Shown: positions 61,780-64,000 of the stretch, piece after piece
Layout of the letters: every line of letters starts with the position of its first letter
Numbering within the stretch: position 1 is the stretch's first letter
DNA from: Octopus sinensis
Lineage: Eukaryota
Assembly: GCF_006345805.1 (NCBI RefSeq)
Contig: NC_043012.1
Coordinates: 9,424,001-9,488,000, forward strand
DNA: 64,000 nucleotides
Direction of reading: 5' to 3'
Translations under genes and position numbers: made by a program
Notes under the pieces: generated by a model
The model's database searches: none
The model's input: the letters and a program-made list of their open reading frames with translations, nothing else
What the model was told of the DNA's origin: nothing

Positions 61780-63900
61780 AGCATGAGAACATGACAAATA
61801 GAGGTATCTGAATTCAAATCACGTCTGAAAGGAGTGATGGGATCACTAAGTCGTAAAGAATTTTTGATTAATTGTCGAAGAAAAGAGCAATTACAGAAGC
61901 CTTTAGTGGGAAAGAACTGTTTGAATATGGCTCAACTAGCAGAAAATGTTTAACAGATTTCACCCTGTGTAGTTTATGGGAATATTAGTAATGGATAACG
62001 TAGTACCAATAGTACTGAAGTATTTTAAACATTCGATAAACATCGCCCTTTTCAAGCCTGGCCAGGCTCATGGGACCGGTTTCCCGGTTTCTGTGACGTA
62101 TGTACTCCCCCCGGCTGGACGGGACGCCAGTCCATCGCAGCGTTACTCAAGAAACAGGAAGAGAGAGAGAAAAGTTGTGACGAATGAGTATAACAGGGGT
62201 CACCACCACCCCATGCCGGAGCCTCGTGAAGCAGCTTTTAAGGGTTTTCACTCAATAAACATACACAACGCCCGGTCTGGGAATCGAAACCGCGATCCTT
62301 CGACCGCGAGTCCGCTGCCCTAACCATTAGGCCATTGCACCTCCACGAAGTATTTTAAACATGGAATTAAATAAATGTCAAACATTTCAGCGGATACAAA
62401 GTGAAGAACATCTCCATAAAAAGAGAATCATTCCAAGTAGACTTTACCCCTCCCTCTGCACATGATTTTTTTATTATCTGGCATCAATTACTTGCTTGAT
62501 ATGTTAAGCAAGAATGGAGCACGCTAAGATAGATACGTGAATCTAATGAATGACCTTCACGATGAAATCAGATTTCTGCAGATGATAAAATAACTAGACA
62601 TACTGCTGCATATAGTACACAGATTTACTAAAGAAAATGATATAACATTCGGATAAGAAGAGTTCCGAAGATAAATTAATGAAGAACTGTAAATTCGGAT
62701 CTAACGGTGACATGTCACAATCATGACAGTATCAGGTATAATATCCTGCTCTATCTATTACGGTTTCTTAGACTTCAGTTACAAGTGAAATCAAAGTCAA
62801 ATTTATAAATAGTTACTTGGTGTCGATGAATAAATTAGCAAAGTGTTGGTTTTGACTCCTATCCCTCACTTTCTTTCTCCCGCTTCGCACCATGAGACGA
62901 ACTAGACATATTAAAACACACAAACGTAGGCAAGAGTTAGAAATGTTGAGATATTCTGCTCCCTTTCTGAAAAGACACTGTTAGTACTGCGACACTGGGT
63001 CTGTGGATGTTTGCTGTGCAGAATGAAGAAAGAATACTGTCGGCAGCCATGGTTACAAAAATGGACCGAAATAGTAGGAGGATTCAACTAGAAAAAGAAC
63101 AGATCAAAAGATAAAAGGGAAGGTTTACTTCATGGCCAATTCATGCAACAAACGGAGAACATTGGAAGTAAATATCAATGGGTCTGCTTGATAGAGGGGA
63201 ACTTGGAATGAGAGACAGAAACGCTAATTATAGCCGCTCAGCCCTAAGAAGAAACACAAAAATGGCAAAAAATCTCAGTCAGACAACAAATCTAGCATCT
63301 GGAGCAAACGAGATTGAAGTATCGATTACATTTTCAGTGAGTGCAATATACCACCACAAAAGGAGTATAAACGCATTGATGAATGTGTAAGCAAAAGAAA
63401 GCACTGAAAGGAGACAAGTATGTAGCTGTAAAACAACAGAAAAGTTGTATGAATATGAACCAGATCTTGTGTTATAAAATGATAATTACAAGATCTTGTG
63501 GAATTTCCCCATAAAAACCGATTATACTCTTGAAACAAGAAGACCGGATTTGATCACAGAAAACAAAATAAACAGAGACAGATCATAGCTTTTTCAATTC
63601 TATGTGATAGCTGAGTCGATACCAAAGAAATTAAACAAATGAGAAATATAACAATCTAGGCAGAGAACATTGGAGTCGGTGGAAGACCAAGACAACAATT
63701 ATTCCTGTAGCAATTGGTGCATTTGGAACATTACCCAAAATGCTACCTAAAATATTGTATGAGATTGAAACTGAAACTAGCATGGTCGACCTGCAGCAAA
63801 GTACTATATTATATTCTACAAGAATCTTACTGAAATTTGAGGAGTCTTGTTACCAGATGTCAAGATAAAATACCTGCTAATTAAATGAGCTTGTACTAGC
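61780..63900 (+). mobile_element. Old R4/Dong-clade retrotransposon (eroded RT plus REL C-terminus), ends in (AAT)-rich tail
   Basis: Faint RT traces (CLNMA; SFQVDFTP vs FQGDSLSP; LDILLHIVHRFTK..ITFG) and a clearer 3' part LHGQF..NDNYKILWNFPIKTDYTLETRRPDL..IIPVAIGAFGTLPK..LQQSTILYSTRIL. The 5' boundary is uncertain. Confidence 0.75.
62033..62346 (-). mobile_element. SINE family B, tail type 3 (V-like domain), 16-bp TSD
   Basis: TSD GAAGTATTTTAAACAT at 62017-62032 and 62347-62362. Confidence 0.95.
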
Positions 63901-63914
63901 ATAATAATGATAAT

Positions 63915-64000
63915 AACAATACTACTACTACTAATAATAATTCAGACACAAGAGCGATAATTTTGAGGGAAGGGAATTAGTCATGTATTTGATTTTATCT
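63915..64000 (-). mobile_element. SINE family A type-2 tail at the window edge
   Basis: CAGACACAAGAGCGATAATTTTGAGGGAAGGGAATTAGTC resembles the type-2 tail. Confidence 0.5.

Noticed and set aside
62060-62090. CCGGTCCCATGAGCCTGG resembling the twister ribozyme P4/T1 motif
   Set aside because: The upstream UAA/P2/T2 elements are absent, and it is part of a SINE tail present in several copies.

Overview
AT-rich, repeat-saturated animal genomic DNA. It is most likely octopus (coleoid cephalopod), inferred from the SINE families, the microsatellite load and base composition, not from a database hit. No host protein-coding gene, rRNA, true tRNA or CRISPR array can be identified with confidence, and almost all long six-frame ORFs are microsatellite artefacts. 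The window contains: about 35 copies of tRNA-head-type SINEs in at least 4 families (my labels A-D, plus a single E) with interchangeable tails; decayed non-LTR retrotransposons (a Hero/R2-type RT, three R4/Dong pieces, a Tx1/L1 3' end inside a (TATC)n array, a CR1/L2-type 3' end, a Penelope-like GIY-YIG remnant); DNA transposon relics (two mariners, a DD37E Tc1-like element, a Tigger-like MITE, a possible Helitron); and a 100-N gap. The main discovery is a set of short non-coding elements sitting in (TA)n tracts that carry minimal type I hammerhead ribozyme motifs. One family has a canonical core, present twice in a ~360-bp palindrome at 4.8-5.6 kb. A second family has three copies sharing a U4C core variant. 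Several of these (TA)n-embedded elements have fold-back arms, consistent with Penelope-derived pseudo-LTR/retrozyme-like units. Also notable: the 3' tail of SINE family A matches the Tx1 3' end, and a local duplication at 25.7-26.2 kb carries a templated inverted insertion.
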